Of a stretch of DNA of 64,000 nucleotides, positions 24,174 to 37,087 are shown one piece after another. A program made the translations under genes and the position numbers. Positions within the stretch are counted from its first letter, which is position 1; each line of letters opens with the position of its first letter. The stretch covers positions 507,829-571,828 of the forward strand of contig NW_027192197.1 of NCBI RefSeq assembly GCF_041956535.1, in the 5' to 3' direction. The notes beneath the pieces were generated by a model that saw nothing but the letters and a program-made list of their open reading frames with translations, was not told the origin of the DNA and did no database searches. The stretch is from Calcarisporiella thermophila CBS 279.70. Lineage: Eukaryota > Fungi > Calcarisporiellomycota.

Positions 24174-24983
24174 ATGGCTTCCCTGGCAATAAAGAGAGCG
24201 GACTCGGGATACCAGCTAGACTACGACCACCTGCAGCCCGCCCTCTCTACCCGCACGCTCTCGGAACGCGGCCTGCCGTCGCCCGCCTCGCTGTATTTGT
24301 CCGACGGCTCGATCCTCACCAGCGAGCCCTCGTCGCCGCTACAGAGCGAGTACGCGGACGGCGTCACCCTGATAGACGAGCTGCACGACTATTTCATCGA
24401 CGAACAGCACGAGGACTATATCGGTAAGTGACGAGGCATTGGCCCCTCCAACCCTCCCTCTGTCCGAGACTAACCGCTCTCGCCCTCTCCCCCTGCAGAC
24501 GCGGAGCTCAACCACCGGAAGCGTGAGGCGGCGGCCCACGAGATCTTCTCGACCGAGCGTACCTATGTGAGCGGGCTTCTGAGGGTGCGCGACGTGTTCG
24601 CCCAGCCCCTGACCGCCCGCAATTCGGCCAAGCTCTCCCCCGACGACATCCAGGCCATCTTCAGCAACCTGGACCAGCTCATCGAACTGCACGAGCAGTT
24701 TCTAAAGGAGCTGGACGAGCGGGAGCAGATCTGGGGCCCCACGCAGCTCCTCGGCGACCTCTTCCTTCGATTTGTAAGTAACCGCCCGCTCTTCTTCCTC
24801 GCTTCTCCCCCCCTCTCTCGCCCTCCTCGACTAACGCGACCTCTCTCTCCTCTTGCTAGCACGCGTGCCTCCATATCTACAGCCCATACCTCCAAAATTT
24901 TCCCCTCGCCATCGCCACCATCGAGCGTCTGCTCAAGACCAACTCGAACTTCAAAAAAATTCATTGATGTAAGCTATTGTTTG

Positions 24984-25031
<48 letters not shown>

Positions 25032-25550
25032 GTCGTCGTACGNNNNNNNNNNNNNNNNNNNNNNNNNNNNNNNNNNNNNNNNNNNNNNNNNNNNNNNNNN
25101 NNNNNNNNNNNNNNNNNNNNNNNNNNNNNNNNNNNNNNNNNNNNNNNNNNNNNNNNNNNNNNNNNNNNNNNNNNNNNNNNNNNNNNNNNNNNNNNNNNNN
25201 NNNNNNNNNNNNNNNNNNNNNNNNNNNNNNNNNNNNNNNNNNNNNNNNNNNNNNNNNNNNNNNNNNNNNNNNNNNNNNNNNNNNNNNNNNNNNNNNNNNN
25301 NNNNNNNNNNNNNNNNNNNNNNNNNNNNNNNNNNNNNNNNNNNNNNNNNNNNNNNNNNNNNNNNNNNNNNNNNNNNNNNNNNNNNNNNNNNNNNNNNNNN
25401 NNNNNNNNNNNNNNNNNNNNNNNNNNNNNNNNNNNNNNNNNNNNNNNNNNNNNNNNNNNNNNNNNNNNNNNNNNNNNNNNNNNNNNNNNNNNNNNNNNNN
25501 NNNNNNNNNNNNNNNNNNNNNNNNNNNNNNNNNNNNNNNNNNNNNNNNNN

Positions 25551-25590
<40 letters not shown>

Positions 25591-26663
25591 TGGCTCGAGA
25601 GAGCAATGGCCGAGCCGCAATGACTCTAACTCTCTTCCCCCCACTTGCTACTGCAGTCGTGCCAGCAGGACTCGCGGCTCGAAATGATGAACCTTCAGGC
25701 CTACCTTCTCCTCCCGGTCCAGCGAATCCCTCGATACAAGCTCTTGCTCGAGGCGCTGCTCAAGCGCACCACCCCCTCCATCCCGACTACAACAACCTCG
25801 TGCGCGCATGCAACAAAATCTCCGCGCTCGCAGACGAGGTGAATGAAAAGTAGGTGGCGCATGGCTCTTCAAGCCCCGTGATGAGACTAATTTAACCGCT
25901 TTCCTTTTCTGCTCCCCTATTTCCTGGATGCGTGCTTAACAGAGTCCGCGAGGCCGAACTGCACCGTCGACTCGAGGACCTCCAGGAGCGCATCGCCAAT
26001 CTCCCTGCCCCCATCGCCCACCCCTCTCGCCAGCTCATTGCGCAAGCGGACATGTTCAACGTCAATCCCCTCACCACCCAGAACCAGCTGGAGCCCCGCA
26101 CCTATATCCTCCTCTCCGATCAGCTGCTTATCTGCAAGCCGAAGGAGAAGGGGACCTATCTCCTGAAGCAGCACATCGAGATCCGCCCCGGGGTGATGGC
26201 CCGGATCGCGCAGGAGCGCGTGGTCGGCCATCCCGACTGCTTCGAGATCCGTGTTCCCGACGGCGAGTCGCTGGTGGTCAAGGCAAGCGGGGAAGGAGAG
26301 AGGCGAGAGTGGATCGACCGCATCAACGAGGCCATCGAGAACCTAGGGGATTTTGTCAGCGACACCGGCGTGCCCATCCCGTCCTCCTTCGCCCCCAGCA
26401 ACCCCGGCTCCGTGGGGCCGAAGCCTTCCGCCCGCCCCCCTCTGCTTGCCGGGAAGCGCGATGAGGACGTCGTCTCGCTGCGGTCCGTGGAGACCTCCAC
26501 CACCGCCACCAGCAACACGACCAAGTCCGGCTCCAGCTCCCTCTCCCTCCGCTCCCTGGTCAAGAAGCGGCGTCTACCCTCCCCCTTCCTCTCGACGGGC
26601 CAGAACGGCGTTGAGGCCCCGCTGCCCAGCCCACTGTCGATAGGAGGCTTTTCGCTCGGTTAA
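24174..26663 (+). CDS. Rho guanine-nucleotide exchange factor (DH-PH); contains an assembly gap and two probable homopolymer indels
   Basis: EIFSTERTYVSGL, IFSNLDQLIELHEQFLKEL, YLLLPVQRIPRYKLLLEALLK, HPDY, and a PH domain (RTYILLSDQLLICK...ERREWIDRINEAI). Confidence 0.9.
24986..25028. repeat. (CT)n microsatellite, left of the gap
   Basis: About 21 CT units followed by a short (GTC)n run, inside a RhoGEF intron. Confidence 0.95.
25043..25550. other. Assembly gap (508 N)
   Basis: Run of N between two CT arrays. Confidence 1.
25553..25587. repeat. (CT)n microsatellite, right of the gap
   Basis: About 17 CT units. Confidence 0.95.
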
Positions 26664-27212
26664 CCGCCCCCCCTTCCTCCCTCCCTCCCTCGCTGATTCA
26701 CCCCTGCCGATTCACCTCGATGTCCATATGTTTCCATTTGCTCTGTTCATATTCCTACCCCCTCTTTTGTCTCTTCATTCCTTGCGCTATACACTCGTCT
26801 CTCTTTCTGCCTGATCCCCCCGCTTATCTTGTGTGTTTTATCTAGTACTCTTTTTCTCGTTGGATCTCTCGTTTTTATTTCCTTTTTCTCTTCCGCTCTT
26901 CAGTTTTATCTTTTAAAGTAAATACACATTTAATGCTAATGTCTTTATATCATGGCTCACGGATCCGATCCAATGCATTCGGTTGGATGGTTCGCAAAAT
27001 AGACCGGGTATCATTGAATGGATAAATAAAAGGTAGGATAAGTCGTCATGCAAAGAGAGAGAAGCAGAAGAGGCGGATGCGGGAAGAGAGAGGAGGGGGG
27101 GGGGATGGATGGTAGGGAAAGGAGGAAGAAGGCTTTACCTCAAGCATGAGAAGCGATATTAACATTATAAACAATAAGGTATAAAAAAGGGAGGGGGGGG
27201 GGGAAATCGCGC

Positions 27213-29228
27213 CTAAACAGGCGGCCAAACCACTTGTAACACGTCCGCAACAATATCGGCGGCGGTCAGCACCGCCTCTAGATCCATAAACAGATGCCCC
27301 AGCCTAGAGGGGCGCCGCGGGGGGGTTGGCGTCGCTGACAGGCTCCGGAGAGGGTATCTCTCGTGCTCCTCCGCCTCCATCCGCCGAGTGGTCGATAGCC
27401 CCCAGGTCACCTCCTTTTCCTTTCCGTTGCCGCGCTCGCCGCCGTCCCGGTGCTCCCTCTCGTCCTCATCCGCCTCGTCCTCCCGCCACCCATGCGGAGC
27501 CGGCGGGCGCAGCCCGATGGACGGGTGCTCCTTGGGGATGTGCACTCGAGCCGGGTGAAGTCGATCGTGCGGGCGCGTGATGATGAGCCGGTGCGAGAAC
27601 ACTTTCTCGGCCGCAATCAGCAGGAACTCGGGGGTCGCGTAGGAATATTGAAGAATGGCGGAGATCGATCTTCAAATCAACCACAAAACAAGACATTGAG
27701 CACAGAGCCAGGATCCATAGGAGAGGTGGAGTCAAGAACTTTGCAATTTACCTGATGGCCAAGACTAGATCCTGTGAGGAGCGCGAGGTGACGCCCCCGC
27801 GAACCGCTCGATGGGTTCGGAGGCCTACAATGAAATCTCGGATGTACCGCATCATGTCGTTGTTGATGGTGACCAGCTGGGCCCGCCGGGAGAGTTCCTC
27901 GATCTCCGTGCTTCGAAAGAAGGGGTTGCGTCGGCTCTGAACCGCCTTGAATCCACCGCCCCCGCTCTCTGGAAGACCCCCTAACCCATCGTACGCGTAG
28001 CTAATAAAAAACCTGTCGATCTGGTGGGGGGGGGGGGCACAAAGAGGTCAGATCTCTACCTCCGCCAAAACATGCAAGGGATCAGGAGAGCTCAACAAAA
28101 TGCAACGTACCAGGTGGCTAGGCAATCTTGGCCGCTGCAGGGAGGAGTAGGGTAATATCGCTATAATGATAAAGGGTCTTGGTAAATTGTAAAGTGCAAG
28201 TCGATCCGTGACCACCTGCCGGCGCACTAACATTTCTAGCAATGCGGCGTGGACCAGCTCGTTGGCATCCTCTAGCCTCTCCAATACCACTGCTTGAGCC
28301 AGCCGCTTTGCTCCGACGCCATCGGCGGGATAATGGGAGGGGGCTATGGCAAGGTTGTCGTGGCGACGGCCGACAAAGGTGAAATCGACGGGAGTCACGG
28401 GGGGTGGGGCGGCGGCGGAGACGGGGGACCGCGGGACTTCTCTCGCGGAGGTGCGGCGCACAATGGGGGCGGAGAGTAGGCTATTGCGATGCCTTTGCCG
28501 AGCAGAGGACGGGTAGCGTGGGTCTTCAAACTAAGCATCAAGAGCGGTATGAATCTATCTATACTTGGAAAGGGAGGGAAGGGGAAGGCTATCTCTTCAC
28601 CTCATTCAGCTCTTCGGTTTGAATAAATTCGATGTCCTCTGGTTCCATAAGGGCCTGGGTGGAGGATTCGGAATACCACGGCGCATCCTCTCGCCCAACG
28701 CTCACCCGGGACCCTGACGATTGCCCGGAATGCATAGAGTCCGTGGTCCGCAGAGAGCGTGCGGATTTCTGTTGCTGGACACGCGTGTTGAATTGGCCAA
28801 AGGAATCCTCGCGAGGGCGTACACATAAGCTGCCGATAAAGTCAGAGGGGGATTGGGTCGGATCGCAGGTGATAGTGGTGCATGTGAGGCCAAACACGAA
28901 CTGAGCAATCTAGAGTAGCAATTCAAAGTTAAAAATAAAGCCCCCATCGGCGAGGGCACAGGGCTGGTCAGCACAGCGGAAAAGACGGGAAATGGGAGGG
29001 AAAAGAAGGGGCAAAAGGGGACATTACTTGCTCTGTGATCTTCTTAAGCTCCTCCACTTTGTCTTCCGATGCTGTGAGTATGACATGTTTTTCAGAAGCG
29101 ATCAAGCAGAGGAATATAGAAATAAAAATATCCTCGTTGAAATCGATGCCCGATGTTTTCTGGATCGCGAGGATGCGCTGTTTAATCCAGCCGCGATTGG
29201 GCGTTGCCGGGAACGTGTGCCCCGACAT
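27213..29228 (-). CDS. Degenerate MoxR/ChlI-type AAA+-like protein (possibly Mtc2-like)
   Basis: Multi-exon: IFLCLIASEKHVILT, FGLTCTTITC...PSDFIG, AVVLERLEDANELVHAALLEMLVRRQV...YNLPRPFIIIA, LPSHL|IDRFFIS, lid VTINNDMMRYIRDFIVGLR...GGVTSRSSQDL, VFSHRL. Layout follows MoxR but Walker A is missing. Confidence 0.7.
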
Positions 29229-30057
29229 CACAGCTTCAATCGCAAATCGTAGAAAAAATAAAGAGAGGACGCTCTCTCCCCAAAATACAAAATTAAATTG
29301 GAAGTGTGTGTAACAGTTTAATGGACGCTTCTTTTGCAGTTGCGTAGGGATGGTTTGAGAAGAGCCATGGAGGAGAGCACTGGTCCTAAGCCTCGTAGCC
29401 CATCCGGAAAGGGTGGAGGGCGGCCGCCTCACTACGGCCTCTTCTCAATGCTTCCTTCTCCTTATTTCAGGGCGCCCAAAGTTTTAGACTTGCTAGCAAA
29501 AGCAATTTCCAAAATAAAGTCGTTCATTTATACAAAGATAGGTCAGAAAGGTATTGTTGAACCATATAGTCCACGGAGGAATGCCTGCTCTTGCTTCAAT
29601 CGTTAACCTACACTGCTCTCCCGGCGGCTCTTCTGATATGAATGTGCTTTTGAACCTAGAGAGCCGTTCTAAGCGCAGATAAAAACAAGTAATCCCCAAG
29701 ATAGACATGCAGAATCGCGGCTAGTTAACCATGTCCATTTTCATTTTAAAGCAACCGATTGTGTCGGCATCCGATGAAAAGAAGCATTGAGGGGGGTTGT
29801 CTAATGGCCTTAATATATATGAGGAAAGGGAGGAAGTGGAATTTATTTTTAAATTCCTATTTTCGGGTTCAACCAATCGACACTTGTCCCCGAGAGCTTT
29901 GTGGAAATAAGGCTTTAAGTGTTTGCTCGCGGAAACCTTAAAACCTTGTCCTCGTTTTATTTCCATCATACCCCCTCCCCGTCATTTTTTTTTTCCATCC
30001 CTCTCTAGTTAGTGATACCACTCTAGTTCCTCTCCATTCTTTCACGACATTAATAGT

Positions 30058-31752
30058 ATGCGGCTTCTATACCTCCTCGCCGCCGCGGCCGTGGGCGTAG
30101 CGGCCTCGGATGTTCTCTCTCTGACCCAAGCGAATTTTAAGGAGGTGGTCGATGGAGAAAAGATTATCATGGTGAAGTTTTACGACCCATCCTGCAAGCA
30201 CTGTACCAAGATGATGCCCGAATATGAGCGCGCCGCCACTCTGCTCAAGAAATCCAGCCTTCCTCTTGCGACGGTGAACTGCGTGGCCGAGCGCTCGCTG
30301 TGTGAAGAGTTCGAGGTCACGAATTTCCCCACCATCAAGCTGTTCAAAGAGGAGAGCGACCTGCTCGAATTCAATGGGCAGCTCAAGACCGATGCCTTTG
30401 TAAGATACATGAAGAGGTAGCTTCGGCTTAGCTTTCACTAGTCTGCCCCTCTTGCCATGGCCCACTCACACTTTACCATTGACCCTTATAGACACACTCT
30501 CCCTCCTCTCTCCGACCTCGACACCAAACTGGTCGACTCGTTTATTAAACTGGAACGCGTCGCCGTGGTCGGCTTCTTGAGCGAATCCGACAAGGAGGAG
30601 CGGGAGGCCATCGAGCTGCTTGCGAACGACCTCCGAAACGACTTCATCTTCGGCGTCACTTCGTCTCCGGAGGCTGCGGAAAAGTACGGGGTCAAGTCGC
30701 CCAGCGTGGTGCTGTTCAAGACCTTCGACGAGGGCCGGAGTGTTTTCGAGGGCGACTTCAACTCCGACCAGCTGACCCGCTTCGTGCGCCTGAATGCTCT
30801 GCCTCTCCTGGACGAGATGACGCCGGAGAACTACGACCTCTACATCGACTCGGAGTATCCGCTCGCCCACATCTTCATCGACTCGGACGAGTCGCGCCGC
30901 GCCACTGTCGAGGCGCTTCTCCCCGTTGCGCGGGAGCTGCGCGGCCGCGTGAACTTTGGCTGGATCGACGTGCGCAAGTACGACAGCGAGATCTACGACT
31001 CGCTTGCGCTGAAGCCCAAGTGGCCGGCCCTCGCCATCCAGAATGTGACCGACTCGCTCAAGTACCCCTTTGACCAGACCAAGGAGTTGACCACCGAGGC
31101 CGTGCGCGAATACGCGGAGAAGTTCCTGGCCCATGAGCTCGCCCCGGCCCTTCGCTCCCAGCCGATCCCCGAGAAGAACGACGGCCCCACCAAGATCGTG
31201 GTGGCGGACGAATACGACAGCATCGTCGGCGACGACACGAAGGATGTGTTCGTCCTGTTTTATGACCCAGAGTGTGGCTACTCGCGGCGCGTGATGCCCT
31301 CGTGGGAGAAGCTTGGGCAGCTTGTGCGCGAGGGCGGCAACAAGAACACCGTGATTGCCAAGATGGACGCGGTCGTCAACGACATCCCGGTCGATGCGCC
31401 ATACGAAATCTTCGGCTACCCAACCATCAAGCTCTTCAAGGCCAAGACCGGGGCTTCTGTAGAGGGCGGCGAGAAGGAGCCGGTCAGTGACGAGCGCGAA
31501 ATCGTGGACTTCAACGAGGAGGATCGAAACTTGGGGACTCTGGTGCGCTTCCTCAAAGCCAATGCTGCGCATGGGCTTGAGGTGGTCGGAGAGGTGCCCG
31601 AGGTGTGGGATGTGCCGGAGGAGCCGAGCGCCGAAGAGTCGGAGCAAAAGGAGGAGGAGGGGAAGAAGAAAGAGGAGGAGGAGAAACTAGCACCCCCCAA
31701 GGTGAGGCCCGTCAAGAGGGCACGTGTACCCCATAGACATGATGAACTTTGA
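30058..31752 (+). CDS. Protein disulfide isomerase family member (a-b-b'-a') with atypical active sites and HDEL
   Basis: Signal peptide, KFYDPSCKHC, FPTIKLF, LRSQPIPEKNDGP, DVFVLFYDPECGYS, GYPTIKLF, C-terminal HDEL; one intron. Confidence 0.92.
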
Positions 31753-32434
31753 AATCCAATGGACTTTAGAATTTGGCTATTATGTCTTCTTCATTCACAC
31801 ATTTATCCACACATACATCTATATAAACTCTCCCCCTCCCCAGTAGTATTTATCATTGTTGCTTTTGTTGTCTCGCTCTCCGTCTTGTCTATTTATACAG
31901 AAAAGAGGAAATAAACGGAAAAAAAAAAAATGGACACCATATTTATTTGTATAAAATAACCATTCGTTTTACAAAGTAGAAAGAATAGAGTATTAGAAGA
32001 AGGAAGAAAACAACAGAAAAAGAATCACATCTAAACACATGAACACAGAAGAAGAGATCTCGGATTTTGTTTCTTTCTTTCTAAAAAAATAAAAAGAATA
32101 AAGTGAATAAAAACGAAGTCAAATCGGTGGAATTGAAGTTTGTTTTTCCTCATATTTTTTTTAATAAAAAGAAAGAGTAAAAGTCGGTATCAAACCAAAC
32201 CCATGAGCAAATAAGCATGCCATATAGAAATAGATAGATAGATAGATAGAAGAAAGGAGAATGTTCATAAAGATATTAGGACGTTAAAGATTAAATCAAA
32301 AAAGAAGATCAGAAATTAGTAAAATCAACCAAACGAGAAGTAATCAAGTTAAAAAAAAAATATGGAAATATATAAAAAAAAAAGAATAAGGAAATAAAAA
32401 TATATATAAAATAATAATGAGGAAAAAAAAAAAT

Positions 32435-34248
32435 CTACATCGGAATATTGTTTTGCACGCAGTGCGTCTTCACCATCTCGAACACCTTGAGCATCTTTCT
32501 TCTCGCCCCCAGGGCTGCAACGCCGCGCCCTGCCAAGTCCTCGTCGTTCATTTGTAACATCTCGCGCCACGACATTCCCTCGAACAAGGGGGTGTACTTG
32601 TGGAGTCGAAGGCTTCGAAGCCAAGCCGCCACGTCCTCCAACAAGTTCATGTCAATCCCCTCACCCGGGCCCGGCTTCTTATCCTTCCCCGCCGCCCCGG
32701 TCCTTACACCATTGCCACCACTCACACTATTTCCACTAGTACTCGCTGGGCGACGTCCGGACACGCTCGAGACATCGCTGTGATCGCTTAAATATTCATC
32801 GTGGCCGTCATCGGGGACGGTGGTGAGATAGGTGCCAAAGTTGCTCCGCTTGGGAGGCTGCAGATGGCGGTTAGGATAGGCGCCGCTGGAGGCACGAGTC
32901 GTCCACGAGCCGATCTTCATCCCAGCCCCACCGCCCATCCCACTGGCACCCTGAGGCTGGTCCTCTTGCTCCGCGGTAGAAAGGATGATGTTCTTGGGCG
33001 GGGCCAATTTCCCATCGGAGGACAGGTTAGTGGTGGCCGACTTGAAAGAATCCACGTTATTCAGCCCCCATCCGTCGAATTGCCCCGTCAGCCTATCGAT
33101 ATCTGCCGCCGATTGGGGCCGTTCGATGACCTGATCTCTTGCAGGATCCCGATCCTGCTGCTGGAATGAGAAGTTTGTGGGCGAAAGGGCATTCCACCCG
33201 CCTCTACCTCCCCCTCCTCCGGCGCCTCCCCCGGTAGGCTGTTCCATTCGCACGTTGTGCAAGAGGCCCGTGCCTACTAGAGATGACAGATCTGCGGAAC
33301 GCGGCCGACCACCTCCAACCCGATCGCCGATCACTCCAGCGGACGCCCGGTGCTGTTGGTGCGTGGCCATAGAGGAAGAATATCGCGTATCGTCCACCCG
33401 GCGCATGTAGCTTGGATCGCTCGCACGCGTACCCGCGCCGTGCTGCTTGAGATGCTGGCTCTTTTGGTCAAAAATGCCAGAGCTGCCAACACTCGCAGAG
33501 AGGAGGTCTCCGGCTCTTGCCACACCACCGCCGTCGCGCGCCCAGCCCCCCTCACTACCTAAATTTTTGTCGCTCTGCATCACGCGGGTCTGGTAGAATT
33601 GCTGCGGCATCGTCTCTAGATTCACATGCTGTTGCTGCTGCAGAGCCGACATCGTGCTCAACATCTGCATCTGCATTGCGTCCTTCTCGGGGCTCACCGG
33701 TGACACCATCGCGCTTGGTATACGCTGTTGCAGCATCTGCTGAAGCACCACAATGAAAAACTGCATCTGTACGGGGGTGCAATACTGGAGCAGATTGTAG
33801 AGGGCAGCGGTTTTTTCGGCGGGGGATAGCGCGACGAACCACTGGTCGATCGCATTCAATTCCTCGACAAACACATCATCCTGCATCGCTTTGGTCATGT
33901 CGGCCGCAATTAGATTATGCTGCTTACCAGCGTAGTCAGGCAACCAGCGATCATTAAATGGGGTGGGGCGGGCTTTTAAAAGCAAGAGGAGATTCCAGGT
34001 TAATTCGAGTCGTGATGCTGCATTGGGTAAAATGAAGTGATCTGATTTTTTTTACCTTGGAGATTAGACTGTTTGTCCTCGATGAGACTGGTGGAAGCCG
34101 GACGGCCGATCCCCGAAATGGGGAGATTTATGGCGGCCGCGGCCGAACTGGAAGACATCGGACGGGTATTGAATAGGAGGCTGGAGCCGTCTGTGCCCCA
34201 TCCCATGAGATTAGCAGTAGATTCGGAAAGAGGGCGTTGAGTCGCCAT
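32435..34248 (-). CDS. VTS1: Vts1/Smaug SAM-domain RNA-binding protein
   Basis: IDQWFVALSPAEKTAALYNLLQYCTPVQMQFFIVVL, RPRSAD, and SAM DVAAWLRSLRLHKYTPLFEGMSWREML...GVAALGARRKMLKVFE. One coding intron plus a probable 5'UTR intron at 34254-34362. Confidence 0.93.
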
Positions 34249-34994
34249 TACACCTGTAACAATGCAGGATCAAGTTAATTATGTAGGCCGAGCAAAAAAC
34301 ATCAGATCTGCTGTCTGGGCAGGATCGCCCATCCATCATCCAACAAAAATGCGCCTACTCACCCTTCGCTCAGGAGATATTTACAAATTAGAAATAAGGG
34401 ACGAGAACAAGAGATTCAAATAGAAAACGGCTTGCAAGAATCCCAACAAGATCGCTTAACTCGATCGAGCAGAAAAGAACAGAGCAAACAAGTAAGTAGA
34501 TCCTAGATTCATAGGGAACCAGTCCCCCTATACACTTTCCTCCGCAAAAATGAAAAGAAATTAATGGCCAATGTATTAAGGAAATAAAAGAAAAAAGGAG
34601 AAAAAAAGTCTAAAGGGGGTGAAGATCGAGGCACAACAAAGTTAGGTTAGGTTATAATATAACTGGATGTCTCCGAACATTTTTCTCAACGGCCCGTTCT
34701 CCTGCTTAGTTCCATGTGTGTGTTCTCGGAAAAAAAAAAATCAGGATCTCGAGTGCTTTGACTCAGAGAAACATGGGCGTCCCATGATTAACCGATGTGT
34801 TATTAAAATTTCCAAGTATATTAAAATAGAATCGTTCCTTCCTCAGATTAATTTTGTTATCAAATAATTTAGAGAAAAAACAGGATCATTGGGGACTTAA
34901 AAGGGTAACCAGCGGATATACATAGGAATTTTATGTCCTTTTTATCATAGAGGGGGAAATGAGGTATTTGGTTTTGATACACATAGCAAAACGG

Positions 34995-35615
34995 TTAGTT
35001 GGTGGGGGCGGGGGCGGGAGCGGGGGCTACGGCGGGAACGCTGGGCTCAGGAGGGCAGTTGGGGGCGCAGTCGGCCGCCATGATGGTGAATGGGCCTCCG
35101 TAGTTCTGCTCAGGGGGGTTACCTGGATACGCAAATCGGAGGTTGTTATCGCAACTCATCTCCAATTGAATTGAGGGGGTACCTACCAATCTGGATAGCA
35201 TAGGTGTTATCCTGAGGGGTGCTAGTCGGGATGTGCCACGTGTAGTTGCCCGAGGCTCCATCTACGGTCGCGTTGATGACGTAGAGCAGCTGCAAGGCAC
35301 CAGGGTTTCCGTGCAAAAGCTTGATAGGGGTGGGGCCAGCAGTGCCGTTGGTCCTAGAAGCGAGAACACAAAGATTAAATTCAGGTTTTTGCTATATGCC
35401 TGCGGATGGAGATAGCTACCAGACAATGTACTGCGTGGTACCGGCCTTCCACACGGTTCCTATCCGTCAACAAGCATGTTTACTAATGGGAACAAAGCAA
35501 TTCGCAATGAGCCTAGAAAAGAATTACCGGTGAGGGGCTGGGTGAGGAGGGGTATAGCGCTGGCAAGGCCGACAAGACCGGCAGCGGCGAAAGCAAGGGC
35601 AGAGAGCTTGACCAT
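34995..35615 (-). CDS. Small secreted Kre9/KNH-like Ig-fold protein with Pro/Ala tail
   Basis: Four exons: signal peptide MVKLSALAFAAAGLVGLASA, TQPLTGTVWKAGTTQYIVW, IKLLHGNPGALQ...SGNYTWHIP...YAIQIG, NYGGPFTI. TATA-like element near 35690. Mostly missed by the ORF track. Confidence 0.85.
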
Positions 35616-37087
35616 TGTGAATTAGTGTGATGTTAATGAGGAATGTGAAGATGAGTGTAAGGAGGAATAAGCGAGCGAAAGCGTGGATTTATATTTACGC
35701 ACGTTCTCTAATAAACACAAAATATAAGGTTTATTTGGAGTTGTACATTTCTCGAGGCACAGCGAGTTTATTTCCGACGGCGAGTAAAAGGGCGGCAGTG
35801 GGATCGGGCGACAGGCTAAAGAGTGGAGGAAGAACCCGATTTCCAGCGGATCACACTGCTAGCAAGACTGCGGCTTCAACTAGGACGCGTGGTTGAAGAA
35901 CAGAGCGAGCTGGCGCGCTCCCTAGTCCTAGGAATGGTTCAAAAGTGAAGCCGCGCCCATAGCGGCCGGGCTCAACTCTCTGGTAACACACACTTGGGCA
36001 AGCAATCGAATTGGTTAGTAGTCGCAGTGGCTAGAGGCCTTTTTCCCTAACCCGCATCCGAGTCAGCGGTCAAGAAGAGCCTTTCATCCCAGCCCAATTA
36101 AATATTCCTTCTCCGGCTCGATGTTTGCCAGTCTCCATGCCACACTGGCATCTCCACTCCTGAAATACGACAAGGCACGGCGTGCAATCAAACTATTGAT
36201 AGTAGCGGAAGGTGCCTGCAGAGTTTCACAAAGATTACACTTCAACGCTTAGTGAGGCAGTGAATTAAATATAGGTACAGCTAGTCCACGAGGAATCAAG
36301 GTACACTTTAACCCATTTATATTGGTAAAATGCATATAAGAGAGAAATTTGGTTCTACTCGGAATAAAACGCACCTTGCTTGATACCCTGGACTCTTCCC
36401 CGGTGGATAAGCGATAAGCATGAGCCTACTATAGATTGGCATTCTATCTGGCCCCTTAAATTAGAAATTACTGAACTAACCATACATGTAGAACTTTAAA
36501 ACGGTGCGGATTTTTAGTCTTTTACGACCTGTAAATTCCTCATTCAAATGTGGTTTTATAATCAAACTCCGTGAGTGTCATATATACAAAATACGACGGT
36601 TATATATTTGATTATATTATAAGGCTGAATATAGCGGAGCCTAATGTCACGAGAAAGAACGTCAATTTCTAATGTAAATAAATGGTAGATTACCGTGAAT
36701 ATATATGTTATACGCACAAATATATACCGTATATAATTATATTGTGTGTATTTTATTAAATAATTGGAAGTGGGCTTTAAAGTGTATGAAATTCGTTTTC
36801 TATAGTAGTAACTTTTGCACTTAACGTTACCAAGAGAACATTTTCGAGCAACAAGATTTCTAATTGAATCCTTTGATTAGTGAAGCCGCCAGTTGGATTA
36901 GTAGAGTGATTTCGTTAATAGTAACTGGCATGGTCTGTATAGGCTCATTTTTGAGAGTCATAAGTTAAAATGGCAAGTTTAAACAATAAAATCAAACAAC
37001 AAATGGATGAACTGTATGAACACAATTGATTGAATTATTAGATAAATGATTATATATAAAGCAAAGCTGACTCTTTTCCTATAGACA

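Noticed and set aside
24567-25853. Long ORFs through the N-run (SLSL/RERE repeats)
   Set aside because: Artefacts of the gap and the CT microsatellite.
30466-31647. 393-aa antisense ORF (also 21398-22186 and 8915-9412)
   Set aside because: Shadow ORFs caused by high GC3 on the opposite coding strand.
36596-36730. ~14-bp imperfect inverted repeat (MITE-like)
   Set aside because: AT-rich and imperfect, with no target-site duplication; compatible with chance.
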